Below, in pieces: positions 62,801 to 64,000 of a stretch of DNA of 64,000 nucleotides. The DNA lies in assembly GCA_964187785.1 (NCBI GenBank), contig OZ076409.1, positions 67,270,001 to 67,334,000 on the forward strand. Direction: 5' to 3'. Position 1 is the stretch's first letter, and each line of letters starts with the position of its first letter. Origin of the DNA: Amphiscolops sp. MND2022. Its lineage: Eukaryota. Under the pieces are notes generated by a model, which was not told where the DNA came from, did not search any database, and saw only the letters and a program-made list of their open reading frames with translations. Made by a program: the position numbers and the translations under genes.

Positions 62801-63411
62801 GCGTCTACTTTCGAGACTTTTATCTAAAATCGCTTTGATATCTTGAAGTTTCTAGATAGCCAGTTTCACATGACTCGACCTCGCTCCTTGCTCGATTAGT
62901 TTACTGATTGTCATTTTTTCTGCTTCAATTTTTCGTTTGGCGTCATAAAACTGATCGCAGAGTTTCATATACTTCATTAGGTCATTTTCATTTTTCAGGC
63001 GCGATGGAAGCCACCTCACGCTCACAAGAAATGAGGACTTTTTGCTCCAATTCTCAAAATATTTTTCAAGTTCGTACTCCAATTTGTACAAGATCTCCTT
63101 ACGGCTGCCTTGAAACTTATCTTTCAGCAAGGGGAGATACATTTCAAACTCTTTGCGCAACTTAAAGTTAAAAAGAACTTACCAACGTCAACCCAAACAG
63201 TTGGATCCTGAGCATGGAGAACCTGGAAATCCGCGTCTAGGTTTCTGAGAATTAAAATCAGATCTGAGACGCGTTTTTCGTGTTCTATCCACTCCTTCAT
63301 TGTGGAAGAATTTTTCAAGCAGTCAGTAAAAAAGACCCTTCTTTCATGTCCGTTTTTTGTTGAAGTCATATATGTGAGGTCCCACAAATTGCGTACAATC
63401 GGCTCTGCCAT
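56858..63411 (-). pseudogene. BEL/Pao gag-pol polyprotein (~2184 aa when repaired), disrupted by one frameshift and two in-frame stops
   Basis: DUF1759-type gag (LPKLKLSEFHGDPLEWPEW), three Cys/His knuckles, protease LCDTGS, RT WYLPHHPV..FYMDD, RNase H HIFSDAS, integrase HHCC plus DYFGP/SDNGTNF/WERL. Lesions: 1-nt loss in the A5 run at ~63170, TAG at 62852, TAA at 59879. Confidence 0.93.
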
Positions 63412-63462
63412 TTTAATTTCTTTTGAAAATCAAATAATGACGAAATCCCACACAGTGCCTTT

Positions 63463-63480
63463 TCCCGGGTCGCGGCACCA
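63463..63480 (-). promoter_or_regulatory. Primer-binding site, tRNA-His-like
   Basis: TGGTGCCGCGACCCGGGA lies 3 nt after the LTR boundary and resembles the complement of the eukaryotic tRNA-His 3' end (..CCGAGUCACGGCACCA). Confidence 0.65.
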
Positions 63481-63483
63481 AAA

Positions 63484-64000
63484 TTTTACGTCTGCAAGGT
63501 ATGATAACAAAATCACTCACCAAGCTTTACGACGGCCTGGTTGACAACTTGCGGGCACGTCTAAGAATTGTTTCTGCGAGAAAGGCACTTGCAAAATCCA
63601 CTACTTTCAATACCTTCAAAATGTCCCTTCTTTTCAAGTTCTGGACAATACCTATTGTTTAAACAAGTTTCCGAGGTCGCTGAAGCAATTACTGCATCTG
63701 TGAACACTTTTCGACTTGTTTAGAAAACATAGAATTTACTGACTTGAAGAGTTTTCTCATAAAACTCACTAAACCGTTGACTCGTCGATGAAATTGGGGA
63801 GTAACAAATCGTAGTCGAATAACTTTGCCAAAAGATTGAAAGTCTTCTGTCTCAAAACCTTTTCAAGCTAAAAATTGCCAGAAATGCAATAATAATATAT
63901 TGTTGGAATCTCGAATCCAGTATCAAAACAAGAACAACTTCGAAATAGCTCTATAATAGCCCAAGTTAACTTGAATACTCAAACGATAAAGTTCCGAACA
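63484..64000 (-). repeat. 5' LTR of the BEL/Pao element (partial)
   Basis: Matches 55729-56245 with 4 substitutions in about 517 bp. Confidence 0.95.

Larger units (their letters stand above)
55729..64000 (-). mobile_element. BEL/Pao LTR retrotransposon; 5' LTR truncated by the window end
   Basis: Direct repeats at offset 7755 (55729.. and 63484..), a PBS, and a gag-PR-RT-RNaseH-IN domain order with BEL/Pao-specific motifs. Confidence 0.97.

Noticed and set aside
63160-63185. Programmed -1 frameshift in the BEL/Pao gag
   Set aside because: C-UUU-UUA is not a full X-XXY-YYZ slippery site, BEL/Pao elements usually have a single ORF, and the copy has two other nonsense lesions. A 1-nt homopolymer loss (mutation or sequencing error) is simpler.

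Overview
AT-rich eukaryotic, most likely invertebrate animal, genomic DNA dominated by transposable elements and repeats. No host protein-coding gene can be called with confidence. The repeat content resembles my recollection of acoel-flatworm assemblies, but that is unverified. Well-supported elements: (1) an apparently intact, intron-containing hAT transposon (25537-27764; 13-bp TIRs, 8-bp TSD, 487-aa transposase after splicing); (2) a young but mutated BEL/Pao LTR retrotransposon on the minus strand (55729 to beyond the window end); (3) an internally deleted Ty3/Gypsy element with both LTRs, PBS, PPT and a 5-bp TSD (46149-49091); (4) a decayed Mutator-like element with a 9-bp TSD (22941-24394); (5) non-autonomous hAT derivatives (7670-8608, 28703-29178); (6) two CR1/L2-type LINE remnants; (7) about ten copies or fragments of a Helentron-associated (HINE/DINE-1-like) repeat; (8) a ~185-bp satellite with dimeric higher-order structure; (9) a recent 1143-bp tandem duplication; (10) several long palindromes. 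Two TE-poor, simple-repeat-rich islands (about 14-17 kb and 40.4-41.7 kb) may hold host exons or regulatory DNA. Most short ORFs in the supplied track are spurious.
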